This document shows, one piece after another, positions 26,576 to 37,218 of a DNA stretch of 52,845 bases; position 1 is the first letter of the stretch, and each line of letters begins with the position of its first letter. Source of the stretch: a virus. Taxonomy: Duplodnaviria > Caudoviricetes. The notes beneath the pieces were generated by a model that worked only from the letters and a program-made list of their open reading frames with translations, searched no databases and was not told the DNA's origin. The stretch lies in the IMG/VR virus record IMGVR_UViG_3300025009_000138, positions 1-52,845 of that record; one strand, given 5' to 3'. A program made the position numbers and the translations under genes.

Positions 26576-28909
26576 CTAAGGACCAACAGGCATTCCCCCC
26601 TGCCCACCACCCAAGAGCCCTTGAGCACCCTGCGCTTGCTGTTGCATCATCATCTGCGCTGCTCTCGCCTGTTCCTGCTCCCGTTGCTTCTTCATCTCCG
26701 CAACTTTCCTAGGCGTGCCCAAGTAAAACTCCCCACCGTCCCGCGCCTCACTCATCTCCGCGATCCCCGCCGCCATCAAGTTCTGCACCGCCGTTACATA
26801 CCGACTGCTCGCCGGTCCCGCAAGCACTCCATCCAGCACGCCCTGAGCAAACTTGGGATTCCGAAACAACCGCCCGAGCCCGGCCGCACTCATCCCGATT
26901 GCCAACAACGACTTAGCGGCGCTCCCGGCCACTTCCGCATTCCCGCTGATCCCTGAAAACATCGCCGTCGCAAGCAACCCACTCTCCATCATCCGGGGCA
27001 CCATTCTATCCGTCATTTTAACGTCTGTGAGGTACGCGCCCGCATTGACCACCTTATTCCAAGTGTCCACGTCCTGTGCTCCAAAAAGCTTTAATTTGGA
27101 CGCTACAGGATACTTCTCGAAAGTCTTGACCGCTTGCACTGAATTGTAGGAGCCGGTCGCTTCAGTGAACGCGTCCGCCAGCATCAAATACCGCAACGGA
27201 GCTTTCACACCATCCTCAAAACTTGGGAGCTTTGCCGCGCCTTTGGGGGACAATCCTTCAAATCCACCCGTGCCCAACTTCCACACGCGCTCAAGTTGGT
27301 CAATAGCGTCCGGGAGTTTGCCAGGTTGCAACACGAACGCGCTCAACGCTGATGGATTGTTCTTCAGCTTGGTAACGATACTCTTTGCAAGCGCCTGCTC
27401 ATGCACACCCTTACTCACCGCGCTAAACGTTTCCGCAGTTGCAAACGCCGCCAACGCATCATCGCCCGCCTGCTGTTGAATTTCGTCATAAATTACATTG
27501 TTTATTTTGTCCGTTGCACCGCTCAACCCCTTGAACTTTCCTTGCTTACCTTTGCTCGCTTTGATCCCACTCACCACATCTCGTTTTGCTTGAATCAAAT
27601 CTTCGATAGGTATTTGCGGTAATTCTGCCCTTGATTCCGTTACACCTCGTTGCGCCCACTCCTCATCAAACTTCAATGCGTCAAGTTGCGTCTGCAATCT
27701 ATCTTCAAGCAATGTAGGCTTATTTACAGCGCCCGGCATGACACTTGTATTTTCACGTATTCCACGTAACTTACTCTCAAGCTCTGCGATTTGAGCACTA
27801 CGCGTTTCAGCCGACAACGGAGACTTCATATTCGCAGCATGTTTTACAGGACGCTCATTCAAGAAGTTCTCTGGCATGTACTTCTCAAGCGCCTTATACG
27901 CAGGACCAATCTCTTCTGTGTCCTTAAACTTAGACATTTCCACAAGTAATTCTCTAGCGTTTTCATAAGGCACCTTCACCTTCCCCGCATAATACCCTTC
28001 CGCCTTCTGATAAAACGCCGTCTTCGTTTGGTCGATCCACGCGTCCATTCCACCACTTATGATCCTACCCGAACTCTCCTCCGTCGGCCCAAGCAACATC
28101 GCCCGGATGGAGTTTCCCAGCGTAATTGCGTCCGTTTTTGCGCCCACACTCTCCATCATACCATCATACACTTCTCTAATCGCCGCAAGCTTGGTTGCGT
28201 TATCTTTCTGAAACAGCGCACTCTCCCGCGTACTCCCGCGCAAATATCCTCCCACAAATTTTGCAAGTGGTGACGCGTCCGGGCGCATATCAGGAGTAAG
28301 TTCCATTCCCTTACTCTTCAGCACTTCCCCAGCGCTCATACCCATTTCATCCAATGCGGTCAACGATTTGAACGAACTGTCCCTAAGCAATCCTCGTGCA
28401 AGCGCTCTCCCAGCTACCGGAGCAACCACCCCAAAAGCAGCATCCCAAGTCGCGGCACTCACACCATCCCGCACCATATCATCTAAACTCTTGGAATTGT
28501 CCAATCCTGACGCGCCGAACGTCCCCAGCCCTGTCACGGCGGCATTAGTTAGAACGCTTGCCACGGGTGCCAATTCCGGCCCTAGAAACGCAAACGCGCT
28601 TGGCGGTGCAGCGAGCCCAACCGCAAGAGGCAATCCGTATTGAAGAGCCATACTTGTAATTTGGTCCCGACGTTTTTGTGGCTGTTCAGCGACTTGAGCA
28701 GCTAACTGATCGGCGGCACCCGCTTGTATGGCACTTTTTAGTGCGTCCGGGAACACTTGCCCTTCACTCTGTATGCTCTCCATCGGCGGCACCTGCACTC
28801 CACTTGGATCAAAGCGCACGCTTGGCACCCCACTTTCATTGACGTTTATCTCCGCGCCCTTGGGAGCGTTCTTCAACAACTCCATTGCACCTTTAGGATC
28901 GAATGGCAT
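26576..28909 (-). CDS. Large internal virion/DNA ejection protein
   Basis: Ala/Gly-rich helical protein with hydrophobic segments, last gene of the late operon. Confidence 0.6.
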   Translation of the reverse strand: MPFDPKGAMELLKNAPKGAEINVNESGVPSVRFDPSGVQVPPMESIQSEGQVFPDALKSAIQAGAADQLAAQVAEQPQKRRDQITSMALQYGLPLAVGLAAPPSAFAFLGPELAPVASVLTNAAVTGLGTFGASGLDNSKSLDDMVRDGVSAATWDAAFGVVAPVAGRALARGLLRDSSFKSLTALDEMGMSAGEVLKSKGMELTPDMRPDASPLAKFVGGYLRGSTRESALFQKDNATKLAAIREVYDGMMESVGAKTDAITLGNSIRAMLLGPTEESSGRIISGGMDAWIDQTKTAFYQKAEGYYAGKVKVPYENARELLVEMSKFKDTEEIGPAYKALEKYMPENFLNERPVKHAANMKSPLSAETRSAQIAELESKLRGIRENTSVMPGAVNKPTLLEDRLQTQLDALKFDEEWAQRGVTESRAELPQIPIEDLIQAKRDVVSGIKASKGKQGKFKGLSGATDKINNVIYDEIQQQAGDDALAAFATAETFSAVSKGVHEQALAKSIVTKLKNNPSALSAFVLQPGKLPDAIDQLERVWKLGTGGFEGLSPKGAAKLPSFEDGVKAPLRYLMLADAFTEATGSYNSVQAVKTFEKYPVASKLKLFGAQDVDTWNKVVNAGAYLTDVKMTDRMVPRMMESGLLATAMFSGISGNAEVAGSAAKSLLAIGMSAAGLGRLFRNPKFAQGVLDGVLAGPASSRYVTAVQNLMAAGIAEMSEARDGGEFYLGTPRKVAEMKKQREQEQARAAQMMMQQQAQGAQGLLGGGQGGMPVGP

Positions 28910-28910
28910 T

Positions 28911-30890
28911 TTATTTTCCCTCCCCTACCACCTTCCACGATTTGATATCCAACTTTGGCCCACCAAGATACTCCGCAGATCCACCTTTTCCATCCGGGTA
29001 CACTTGTCCAATTTGCAATCCTGGATCTGCTTTCCGCGTCATTCCATCCGTTATGCCACCAGCACCCGCGCCACTACCCTGCAACGTTTCCAACAACGCA
29101 TTGGCTTTTTCAGCGGGCATCGCATTCACTTGATCCATTGTATACCCCGCCCTCTCCCACGCTCCCTTATTCGCTTTCGCCGCACCCTCGATGTAATCCT
29201 GAAACGCTCTCAAGTTTGTCAGATACTCAACAGGTTGCGAGCCCATCTTTGGTATCAACTTCTCGGCAATCTTGATTTCTCTATCACTGAGTTGCTTACC
29301 TCGCGTGTCGTACATGCTCTCTGTCAACTGCGCTGTCAAGTTACGCAACTCGATTCGATCCGGTTGTGCAAACGCATCAAAACTATCCCCCACTTCTCGC
29401 AAGAACTCCATCTTCCCGACCAACGCTATATCCTTGTTTATATGCTTTGCGAAGATACTCTTGATACGATCAATTCTATCAAGCACTTTTTGAGTAGCAC
29501 CAAGCTCCTTTACACCTTCTCCGGGGATCAGTCTACGCTTCTCCGCTTCTGTAGCTTTAACGATTCCCGCTTGCCTCTCCGCTTCGATCTGCGCAGGCGT
29601 TTTCATCTCTCCAGCACCGCCTGCTCCAGTGCTTACAGGCACAGTTTCGACTCTTGCCTCTTCCTGCTTCTTCCACCCGGCACCCGTAGCAGCTATTCCT
29701 TGTTGCTCAATCGGGGTATACGCAGTCTTCACGCCCGAGCCCACAATCTTGACCATCCCTGACATTGGATCATACGTGGTAGCAATACTCTGCCCCGTGG
29801 TTTCATCTTTGTCAATCTTATGTACAGGGTCCATCCCCGCCGCCTTCGCCCATTTCCCTGTTAGAAACTGGAGCTGTTGCGGTCCTTGCAATAGAGAAAA
29901 CGCCTGCGATTCCCTCTCATCCATCGTAGGCATCTTGAATTGCAAGTTCAACTTCGGAGAGCCCGAGCCCGCGTCCGTCACCGTGAACGTAGCCCCCATC
30001 GGAAGGTTGAGCGTAGGAGGCGCGAGGTGTACACCATTTCGTGTTGGTTGTTGCCCTTGTCCCTGGCCCATTGCCGCCAACACTTTACTTCGATACCCCG
30101 GTACATCATACGCCGCACCCTGGTCATTCACTCCCGTTGTGATCTTCGTATTCGGGTCCATCGTCTGCCAATAATTCGCAACACCTTCCGGCCCATGTCC
30201 CGCTTGAAGTAACTCATTTATACGCCACTTTGCCACCTTGTCTTCGTTCTCAGGAGTTTGCTTCAATACAACGCTATTACCTTGTGTCGCTCCCGTGTAC
30301 GCTTTCGATTCCATCTCCCACGTCTTAGGGCGAAATTGGTAGGCACCGTAACTATCCTCACCCATCTGACTTACCACGTTCTTACCACCGCTCGATTCTA
30401 CTTGTTTAATAGCGTTTGCGATGGACTCGGTGAGAGGGTGATATCCGGGCGTTCCTGCACTCGTTGGAGCTGCGTTTGCGCCTTTCATCGGAGCGCCCAA
30501 CGTCATCTGTTGTGCTTGTGCAGGTTGTGGTACTGCTTGTATCCCTGCATCCCCCATCTGAGGTTGCGCTTGTGTTTGTTGTCCTCCTACCCCTACACCC
30601 CCCACGACTCCTCCCACAAGCTGCCTCACAAAATCCTGTACACCCTTCCCATAATTCGCCTGCTCCTGCGCTTTCTTATACGTGTTCCTCCCATACCCTT
30701 CAATCAAAGGATCTCCATATTGCGCCCCCACATTCGCAAGCCACGTAGTCTGATCCGGCGTCAGATCCCCCTTCTTTATCATCTCATGCGCAGTCTTGAT
30801 GTGCTCTTGGCGTGTAGCGGTTTCCGCCGCTTGTTCATTCTGCTTCTTCAAAAGCATATTATGTATAAGCATTTCAATGATGCCTGCCAT
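28911..30890 (-). CDS. Ejection protein with lysozyme-like/lytic transglycosylase domain
   Basis: AIKQVESSG...GAYQFRPKTW...Y..KV; GGAGGTG RBS before MAGIIEM. Confidence 0.7.
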   Translation of the reverse strand: MAGIIEMLIHNMLLKKQNEQAAETATRQEHIKTAHEMIKKGDLTPDQTTWLANVGAQYGDPLIEGYGRNTYKKAQEQANYGKGVQDFVRQLVGGVVGGVGVGGQQTQAQPQMGDAGIQAVPQPAQAQQMTLGAPMKGANAAPTSAGTPGYHPLTESIANAIKQVESSGGKNVVSQMGEDSYGAYQFRPKTWEMESKAYTGATQGNSVVLKQTPENEDKVAKWRINELLQAGHGPEGVANYWQTMDPNTKITTGVNDQGAAYDVPGYRSKVLAAMGQGQGQQPTRNGVHLAPPTLNLPMGATFTVTDAGSGSPKLNLQFKMPTMDERESQAFSLLQGPQQLQFLTGKWAKAAGMDPVHKIDKDETTGQSIATTYDPMSGMVKIVGSGVKTAYTPIEQQGIAATGAGWKKQEEARVETVPVSTGAGGAGEMKTPAQIEAERQAGIVKATEAEKRRLIPGEGVKELGATQKVLDRIDRIKSIFAKHINKDIALVGKMEFLREVGDSFDAFAQPDRIELRNLTAQLTESMYDTRGKQLSDREIKIAEKLIPKMGSQPVEYLTNLRAFQDYIEGAAKANKGAWERAGYTMDQVNAMPAEKANALLETLQGSGAGAGGITDGMTRKADPGLQIGQVYPDGKGGSAEYLGGPKLDIKSWKVVGEGK

Positions 30891-30926
30891 ACTCAGCACC
30901 TCCAATCATTGTAGAACACTTTGCAC

Positions 30927-31736
30927 TTACACTACTTCCCCATTACCACGCACAAAACTCTCCACGGAAGCGCCCAGCCTATCAAACACCCACATCCACG
31001 CCGCAGTCAACGGAAGAAACATTATACCTATCCTACCCTGCCCATAATACCACTTTCCGAAACTTATCATGGGCATCGTCATGAACACGCGCACGGCACG
31101 CTTCCAAATACTCGACCTTCGCATCCTTGGTACAAGCACTTCGGACAACATACAATACCCTCTACGATTCTCCGCAGTTATCCTCTCTTCCCTGAACCTT
31201 CTCACTACAGGGTCAAGATACCCATCCTCCGCTTCCAGGAAGATAAAGCAACATATGTTAGATGCCCCCTGTACAACACTTCCACCGAAACCTTTACTTG
31301 ATCCATACCTACTCGCATCAGCCTGCGCGGAGTTTCCCAATCCCTGCATTGCCACGCTTTGCTGTCCCGTTAGAAAATTGGGGATTTGTTGTAACAACGT
31401 GCTCATGATGTTGGAGGGTATTGCCGCCGTTGTTTGATTTCCGCTCATCTCCGCTTGCGCTTTAACGTTCTGCCCATATGGAGTACCCCCCAAACCCGAA
31501 GAGGACAAATTATCTCCAATACTACGTAACGTATCACTCGTAGCTTTCTTGCTCTGTTCTGTGGCACTCTGTATGATTGGGATCTGCGCGGCAGGAGTCC
31601 CACCCTTCAAGTAATCCTGCAACATGCCCAAGTAACTCATGCGAGCAGGCTTACTCTCTTTCGCAAACGATTTTGCCAGATCTGCCATTGCATCACTGGA
31701 ACCACCAGCTCCACTTTTTCCTCCACCTCCACCCAT
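30927..31736 (-). CDS. Small ejection protein with Gly-rich N-terminus and CFI-box-CTERM-like C-terminus
   Basis: MGGGGGKSG; CCFIF...DPVVRRFRE...GY..LS..LV. Confidence 0.6.
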   Translation of the reverse strand: MGGGGGKSGAGGSSDAMADLAKSFAKESKPARMSYLGMLQDYLKGGTPAAQIPIIQSATEQSKKATSDTLRSIGDNLSSSGLGGTPYGQNVKAQAEMSGNQTTAAIPSNIMSTLLQQIPNFLTGQQSVAMQGLGNSAQADASRYGSSKGFGGSVVQGASNICCFIFLEAEDGYLDPVVRRFREERITAENRRGYCMLSEVLVPRMRRSSIWKRAVRVFMTMPMISFGKWYYGQGRIGIMFLPLTAAWMWVFDRLGASVESFVRGNGEVV

Positions 31737-31801
31737 TTCACACTCCTTTGCGTATTTATGTATTTATGTATAATTGTGTTTACACTTAAAGCCGTCTATT
31801 A

Positions 31802-32353
31802 CTATACTTGAATCTTAAAATCTGGTAAGTCCTCAATAAGATATCTATACTTACTCTTCTCAAGCACTACCACCCAAGCATCTTCTCCATCCCACAATCC
31901 AGGAATCTTACCCACCACATCATATCCCATATGCTTATGAGATTTTATCAACCTTTCCTGCTTCGTTATTCCAATGATCGTGCTCACGTACTTAAACACA
32001 TATGAATATATATACGACACCAAACGCGCCGCTGCTCGACTCTTCCTACAATCGCTCCTCACCCACAACGACACGCTAGGTAAAGACATAAACAAATCTA
32101 TCCACGCGACAACATACACTTCGCCCACCGAATCCAGCGCATACAACACAACATCTTGTTTACGCATCAACTCCATGAAAGCTCCTGGAGTATGTGCGTT
32201 TTTCAAAAATACCTTCTCCAAATCGCCATCCATACTCATCCTAGCCCACCATCTATAAAATAATAAATCCTCTTGTGTGGTGCGCTCATATGTGTACATT
32301 GTCAATTCGTCATCTAAAGGAATGGGCATTTGTAATCTCCATCTATTGCTCAA
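31802..32353 (-). CDS. GNAT-like acyltransferase
   Basis: SLWVRSDCRK, HKHMGYDVVGKIP; position typical before podophage ejection genes. Confidence 0.6.
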   Translation of the reverse strand: MSNRWRLQMPIPLDDELTMYTYERTTQEDLLFYRWWARMSMDGDLEKVFLKNAHTPGAFMELMRKQDVVLYALDSVGEVYVVAWIDLFMSLPSVSLWVRSDCRKSRAAARLVSYIYSYVFKYVSTIIGITKQERLIKSHKHMGYDVVGKIPGLWDGEDAWVVVLEKSKYRYLIEDLPDFKIQV

Positions 32354-32366
32354 CGCATTTAATACA

Positions 32367-34805
32367 TTAACACGGCCTCACATCATATTCCACTCCAAAC
32401 ATTTCCACTTGCGCCGTTAAACTCCCGTACAATCTAACACCCACATAATTACACACCAAATCAAGCGAAAGCTCGTGAATCATCCGACTCGCGCACACAA
32501 CACACGTACTCAACCTCACCACACCATCCAACAACACTTCCACATTTAATGCTTGCCCACCCGTATTAACGTCAATCAACACCCGATCCACCACAACTAA
32601 CTTATCGCTGCTCAAGCGTTCGTGTGCTACTTCCACATCAAACACAATCGCCTCTCCTCCATCATCCAACATTCCAACTTTATCAAAATCCCACACACCA
32701 TTTCCAACATCTCCACCCGCCACCGCTAAAACATCAACATCACTCTCATAATACAACGTTCCAAATCCGACTCCACACTCTCTCCAAGTACCGTTTGTCA
32801 TGTTATGCGCAAAAGTATTAACTCCATTCGATATTATATACTCGTCTCTTGCAAACGTCGCCGCAGTACCAACGAATGCGCTCAACCCTAATTCTGAAAT
32901 ACTCTCTCCTCGAAAAATCTTACTCAACGCATCGAAGCCCATTAAAGGCGCAGAAGCTCCGTTGAACAATCGCACTCCTCCCACCGCTTGATATGCTATT
33001 CCTTGTGGAGTACCTACAACAGTTCCAGGATACTTAGTTCCAGGCACCCCTTGCACTTCTCTATATAAATATGGATTGTTTCCATAAATCAAATAAACAC
33101 GCTCTTTGCTAAAAGCGTACAACGCGCCATTCCACAAACACAACATCTGTAGCGCATTATCGCTATCATTCGATACATTTACGAAACCCGTACAAGCTTC
33201 AGGGCGTCCGATTGGAGAATAATACACCCTCCCTCGTTTACCTGTTGCTTTCGATAACCAAAACAACGACGCATTATACGGACCAACTACAACACCAAAT
33301 GTAGCTTCGGGTTTGATATTATCTAGGGGTAACTCTTCCGTACCAAGCACCGTAGCACTGTCTCGACTGTCCAAGAAATACCCATCCGCTACGTCATCAT
33401 CAAAAGTAGTTGTACCATTTGCGACTTCTCCAGCTTTCCAAAACAATGCACCATTTCCTACAGTGCGCCATATCTCCACAAAATCAACCTGAGTATCCGC
33501 AGACACCGGCAAATTAGCGAGTGCCACAGGCTGTCTCTTAACATTTTTGAGCATAACAGCGGTACTATTAGGATTGCTTCGATGTCCAGTGGAGCTATTT
33601 TTGAATGTGATGTGATACTTATAATTCCCCAATAATCCAGCGCCACCAATCATGCGCAAATCGTCCAAATACACTACAGCACCGCCATTAGTATTAGTTT
33701 TAAACGTGAACTTGACCGCCTGCACATCGTCCCACCCATAGTTACCTTCGCCCTGGCGCTTAAACGTGTTCTTGGCAATGCGCATTCTCTTCCATCGGTT
33801 CTGTTCAGGAGGAAGTACACCCTGCTGTAATTTCTGCAACACGTTCTGGTATACACCGTTGTACGATCCGTCATATGTAGCACGCCGCGTATTAGGTGTT
33901 TGTGGTATGTCAGTTGATACAGCATCCACAGGGCGATAATTGGCTGTCGTATCTGCCTCAGTTTCCGGCGAATCCACTAACTCGTGATCCCCAAAACCCG
34001 CAACATCCTCCGCGCCCGTTTCAGTCTCTTCGTCTCTTGTATAGTTAAATTGTTGCGTGAACACATCAGCAGCGAAAGTTGTATTGCCCAACGAAAAGTC
34101 AAGCTGTACCATATCCAAATTGTCCGGGAAATCTACCCGAATCCAAAATGTTATGAAGTCCTCTTTTGTACTGTCATCAACCGCAGAGAACATGGACAAA
34201 TCAATGGTGTTGTTTTTCGTGCAATATCCTGTGACATTCTCCACGAGAGTACATTTCATTGAATTTGTGCCTTCGTGCTTGATAGTAGCTTCGTCCGCTA
34301 ATGTAACAGACGTACCAGCCCAAGCAGCAGCATTATCGAACGCTTCAATCGCTTTATATAACCGAGTACCTTTAGCCGCCGTGAATCCGTTTGAAGGAGG
34401 ATCAATCCCCCAATTGGACACCGCGCCTAACTTATCGACCTTGTACAAAGCCCCTCCACCACTTACGAACAAATAATCCTCTTTGTCTAAAGTAGGAGGC
34501 ATGGACGCGAAATATAGGGTAGCTCCAGATAATCCAGTTAAAACGCTTACACCATTACGATACAGAACTGTTCCTACTCCATGAAAGTCTGTTCCATTGA
34601 ACCTGTGCAAACTATGAGCAGGAGCGGTATATGTATACAACACTTCGCTACCGTTACGAGAGCGCATGGATTTAGTGCGTACTGCGTTTAATCCACACGC
34701 CCGGCGTAACTTATTAGGTTCGAGTACGTCAGGAGGACACGACACAGACAAACCACCATCAAAATCTCTTTTAGTAATGCGCGTAACACCATCTCTCTTG
34801 CTCAT
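32367..34805 (-). CDS. Tail nozzle/stabilisation protein (P22 gp10-like) with inserted beta-sandwich domains
   Basis: DFDGGL start, VYYSPIGRPE, beta-propeller-like repeats; insert ending VYLDDLRM. Confidence 0.7.
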   Translation of the reverse strand: MSKRDGVTRITKRDFDGGLSVSCPPDVLEPNKLRRACGLNAVRTKSMRSRNGSEVLYTYTAPAHSLHRFNGTDFHGVGTVLYRNGVSVLTGLSGATLYFASMPPTLDKEDYLFVSGGGALYKVDKLGAVSNWGIDPPSNGFTAAKGTRLYKAIEAFDNAAAWAGTSVTLADEATIKHEGTNSMKCTLVENVTGYCTKNNTIDLSMFSAVDDSTKEDFITFWIRVDFPDNLDMVQLDFSLGNTTFAADVFTQQFNYTRDEETETGAEDVAGFGDHELVDSPETEADTTANYRPVDAVSTDIPQTPNTRRATYDGSYNGVYQNVLQKLQQGVLPPEQNRWKRMRIAKNTFKRQGEGNYGWDDVQAVKFTFKTNTNGGAVVYLDDLRMIGGAGLLGNYKYHITFKNSSTGHRSNPNSTAVMLKNVKRQPVALANLPVSADTQVDFVEIWRTVGNGALFWKAGEVANGTTTFDDDVADGYFLDSRDSATVLGTEELPLDNIKPEATFGVVVGPYNASLFWLSKATGKRGRVYYSPIGRPEACTGFVNVSNDSDNALQMLCLWNGALYAFSKERVYLIYGNNPYLYREVQGVPGTKYPGTVVGTPQGIAYQAVGGVRLFNGASAPLMGFDALSKIFRGESISELGLSAFVGTAATFARDEYIISNGVNTFAHNMTNGTWRECGVGFGTLYYESDVDVLAVAGGDVGNGVWDFDKVGMLDDGGEAIVFDVEVAHERLSSDKLVVVDRVLIDVNTGGQALNVEVLLDGVVRLSTCVVCASRMIHELSLDLVCNYVGVRLYGSLTAQVEMFGVEYDVRPC

Positions 34806-34821
34806 ATCAATGTCGTCCTCT

Positions 34822-35580
34822 CTATGCAGTCCTTTTCCAAAAGTACACTACAATATAAGGAGGTAACTGATCTGTAGGCGTAGGGTCACTCGCCGGAACC
34901 GTGTTAAAAGACGCTGGATCGACTGGATGAGTATGTGTATCCGTTGCAACGGTCGTTCCTGCGCCTGCTTGAACCGCTACAGTAGCACTAGGAGCCCCAC
35001 TCACTGTACTAGGAACATCAATAGCATGAGCGTGCGTTTTAGCCCCACCTGTACCTTCCGCTATTCCAAAGTCTGGATCTGCCGCTAAATACCCTGCTAG
35101 CACACGCCCAGCACCAAACGCTGTCCACGTTCCATATTTCAAATACGTCGCTGGATTTGTGCCAGTAGTGTTTATCTCAATTGAGCCAATCGGCCTTTTG
35201 AGCAATCCAACAGCTTGTTGCACCAACTTATCAACCTGATCTAACGTGACATACTCATCACGCGCCACAGCTTTGTGTGACGCAACACGAAAATTGATAC
35301 GAGCCACTGAAGATCCGGTAGACCTATAAATGCTATGCTTCTTCAGCGCCCTACGTGTTACTATTTCATCGTCTGCTTTAAAGGCTCCAACATTACGCAG
35401 ACGTTTATTACCCATGTCAATATCCTTACCTTGCACAAAACTCAGCGCATCTGTTCCTTTTAACGCTGCTAACTCTGCGCTTATTTCTAAAAGCTGCCTG
35501 TTTAATTCAATAGTTAATTGTCGCAAGGAATTTATGGAATTATCAGAGGGAGGATTGATGTTGTAAAATTCTTTAGGCAT
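34822..35580 (-). CDS. Tail fibre-like protein with T4 gp10 C-terminal-like domain
   Basis: PIGSI....NPAT...GTW..FGAGRVL.G and LPPYIVVYFWKRTA. Confidence 0.75.
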   Translation of the reverse strand: MPKEFYNINPPSDNSINSLRQLTIELNRQLLEISAELAALKGTDALSFVQGKDIDMGNKRLRNVGAFKADDEIVTRRALKKHSIYRSTGSSVARINFRVASHKAVARDEYVTLDQVDKLVQQAVGLLKRPIGSIEINTTGTNPATYLKYGTWTAFGAGRVLAGYLAADPDFGIAEGTGGAKTHAHAIDVPSTVSGAPSATVAVQAGAGTTVATDTHTHPVDPASFNTVPASDPTPTDQLPPYIVVYFWKRTA

Positions 35581-35610
35581 TTTAAGGTCACCCCATATAC
35601 GCGATTACTC

Positions 35611-36243
35611 CTACTCCACCTTAAATTCAACACCAACATACGCATATAACCACTGCGCCAAAGCTAAGCACGCTTCCGCATACGTCTCGTCTTGCTTAGG
35701 GGAAGGACGCACAAACTCACGCCACAACACCTCATGCGCAATAGCCAGAGCTAACCAATCAGGGATAGTGTCCTCGTTATCCGCAAAGTTACTCGAAGCA
35801 TACAAAGCTGCACACGCATAATCAGGATAATCTTCTCCAAAGGGCGCACCGAATAGGAAAATGAAATCATCGCTGTTGTTCGTGGGCGTAGGGTACAATC
35901 GAAAAGTGTTAGGCTCCTTCTCTATAGCCAAGTCTACCCCATATACGCTAGGAGTCCCGGTTGCTGCCTTCCAGGTCTTTCCCTTAATGCTCTCCAACTC
36001 CTGCCACGTCGAACGACACAACTCTTTATCGTTGTAGAACACTGCAACAGGACGCACGCACTTATCGGGGAACACATACTCATTCGTACCTGCTACCATC
36101 GCAATCAATTCACAATCTATCAACACGTCTGCTTCTCGTGCAATACGGTCTATTGTCTCGTCATAGTACGTTCCAATAGTAGCCGCTTCTGCACGATTAC
36201 GAGAAAGCTCTTGAACGAGAGTAAGAATCTCAAGCTTTGTCAT
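35611..36243 (-). CDS. Head-tail adaptor-like protein 1
   Basis: AGTNEYVFP, GTPSVY, FRLYPTP, IPDW. Confidence 0.65.
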   Translation of the reverse strand: MTKLEILTLVQELSRNRAEAATIGTYYDETIDRIAREADVLIDCELIAMVAGTNEYVFPDKCVRPVAVFYNDKELCRSTWQELESIKGKTWKAATGTPSVYGVDLAIEKEPNTFRLYPTPTNNSDDFIFLFGAPFGEDYPDYACAALYASSNFADNEDTIPDWLALAIAHEVLWREFVRPSPKQDETYAEACLALAQWLYAYVGVEFKVE

Positions 36244-36805
36244 TTGCTTTTTCTCCCTCTCCACCGCCTATGTACTTCAGCGCGGCATAATTCCCGCCCC
36301 TCACACTCATCACCATCTCTGCAACGCGCAACACCTCGTGCATCTCGTCATCACCTACTTCCAACGCTGTACCATCCTCTTCCAACTTATTGCAGAGCTT
36401 ACTATACAATACGCTCACCGAATACGCGGTTGCTACTCCAGGCCAAATTATGAAGTGCGTTCTACCTATCTTTGACCACACACGCGCTGTAGTTCCTGTT
36501 TGTCGGAACCACCCGCTGCTCATGAGCCAAAGCTGCCTCCAATTCGCTAAATGTATCAAGCGTACTTCACTCTTCTCAATACGTACGATATCAATAGCGT
36601 TCGGGAAAGTGGTGCGTAAATCGTATATAATCTGATATGGAGACGTATTGAATGCTTCTTCCACGAGCACATACTGCTTACGAGCATTCACCATGCGTTG
36701 TGCTTTGCTCAAGACATCCAACATAAACACATCGCTGTGAGGTACGACTCCCTCTGTGCGGGTACGTTTACGAAGTAAGTCAATCCATTCATGCGCCTGG
36801 CTCAT
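36230..36805 (-). CDS. Head-tail adaptor-like protein 2
   Basis: Same layout (helix, YDL, W...G, FIIWP, V.Y); ATGA coupling. Confidence 0.55.
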   Translation of the reverse strand: MSQAHEWIDLLRKRTRTEGVVPHSDVFMLDVLSKAQRMVNARKQYVLVEEAFNTSPYQIIYDLRTTFPNAIDIVRIEKSEVRLIHLANWRQLWLMSSGWFRQTGTTARVWSKIGRTHFIIWPGVATAYSVSVLYSKLCNKLEEDGTALEVGDDEMHEVLRVAEMVMSVRGGNYAALKYIGGGEGEKANDKA

Positions 36806-37218
36806 ACTTTCATGTCCTCCCACACAACATTTTCAAGCGTGCGAATCACACCATGTACAGCCTCTTGAAACTCCTCTGGTTGCGCCCAGCGACATTCCGC
36901 AATGTGTTGAACACGAGCAAGCAACAATTCGCATACTTCATGAAAAGCGCTTTTGCGAACATTAACGACATCAATCTCCTCACCATCCCACGAAACAGCA
37001 AGCGTAATGACGGCAAGACGTGATGACATCTTATATGCTATACACGCCCTACAATCCCTCGTGTTGTCGTTGTCTTCGTGTAAAAAACGTACTTGCCATC
37101 CGTACAAGCCGAATCGTTTTAGCCAATAATTTGCTTCGTTCTTGAACCACTCAAAATGTTCTGCCGTTGTTACCTCTTTCTTCTCTTCTAATCCCCCATT
37201 ATTTATAGCCTCACTCAT
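36802..37218 (-). CDS. Zincin-like protein (HExxE variant)
   Basis: WLKRFGLYGW and AFHEVCELL. Confidence 0.5.
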   Translation of the reverse strand: MSEAINNGGLEEKKEVTTAEHFEWFKNEANYWLKRFGLYGWQVRFLHEDNDNTRDCRACIAYKMSSRLAVITLAVSWDGEEIDVVNVRKSAFHEVCELLLARVQHIAECRWAQPEEFQEAVHGVIRTLENVVWEDMKV

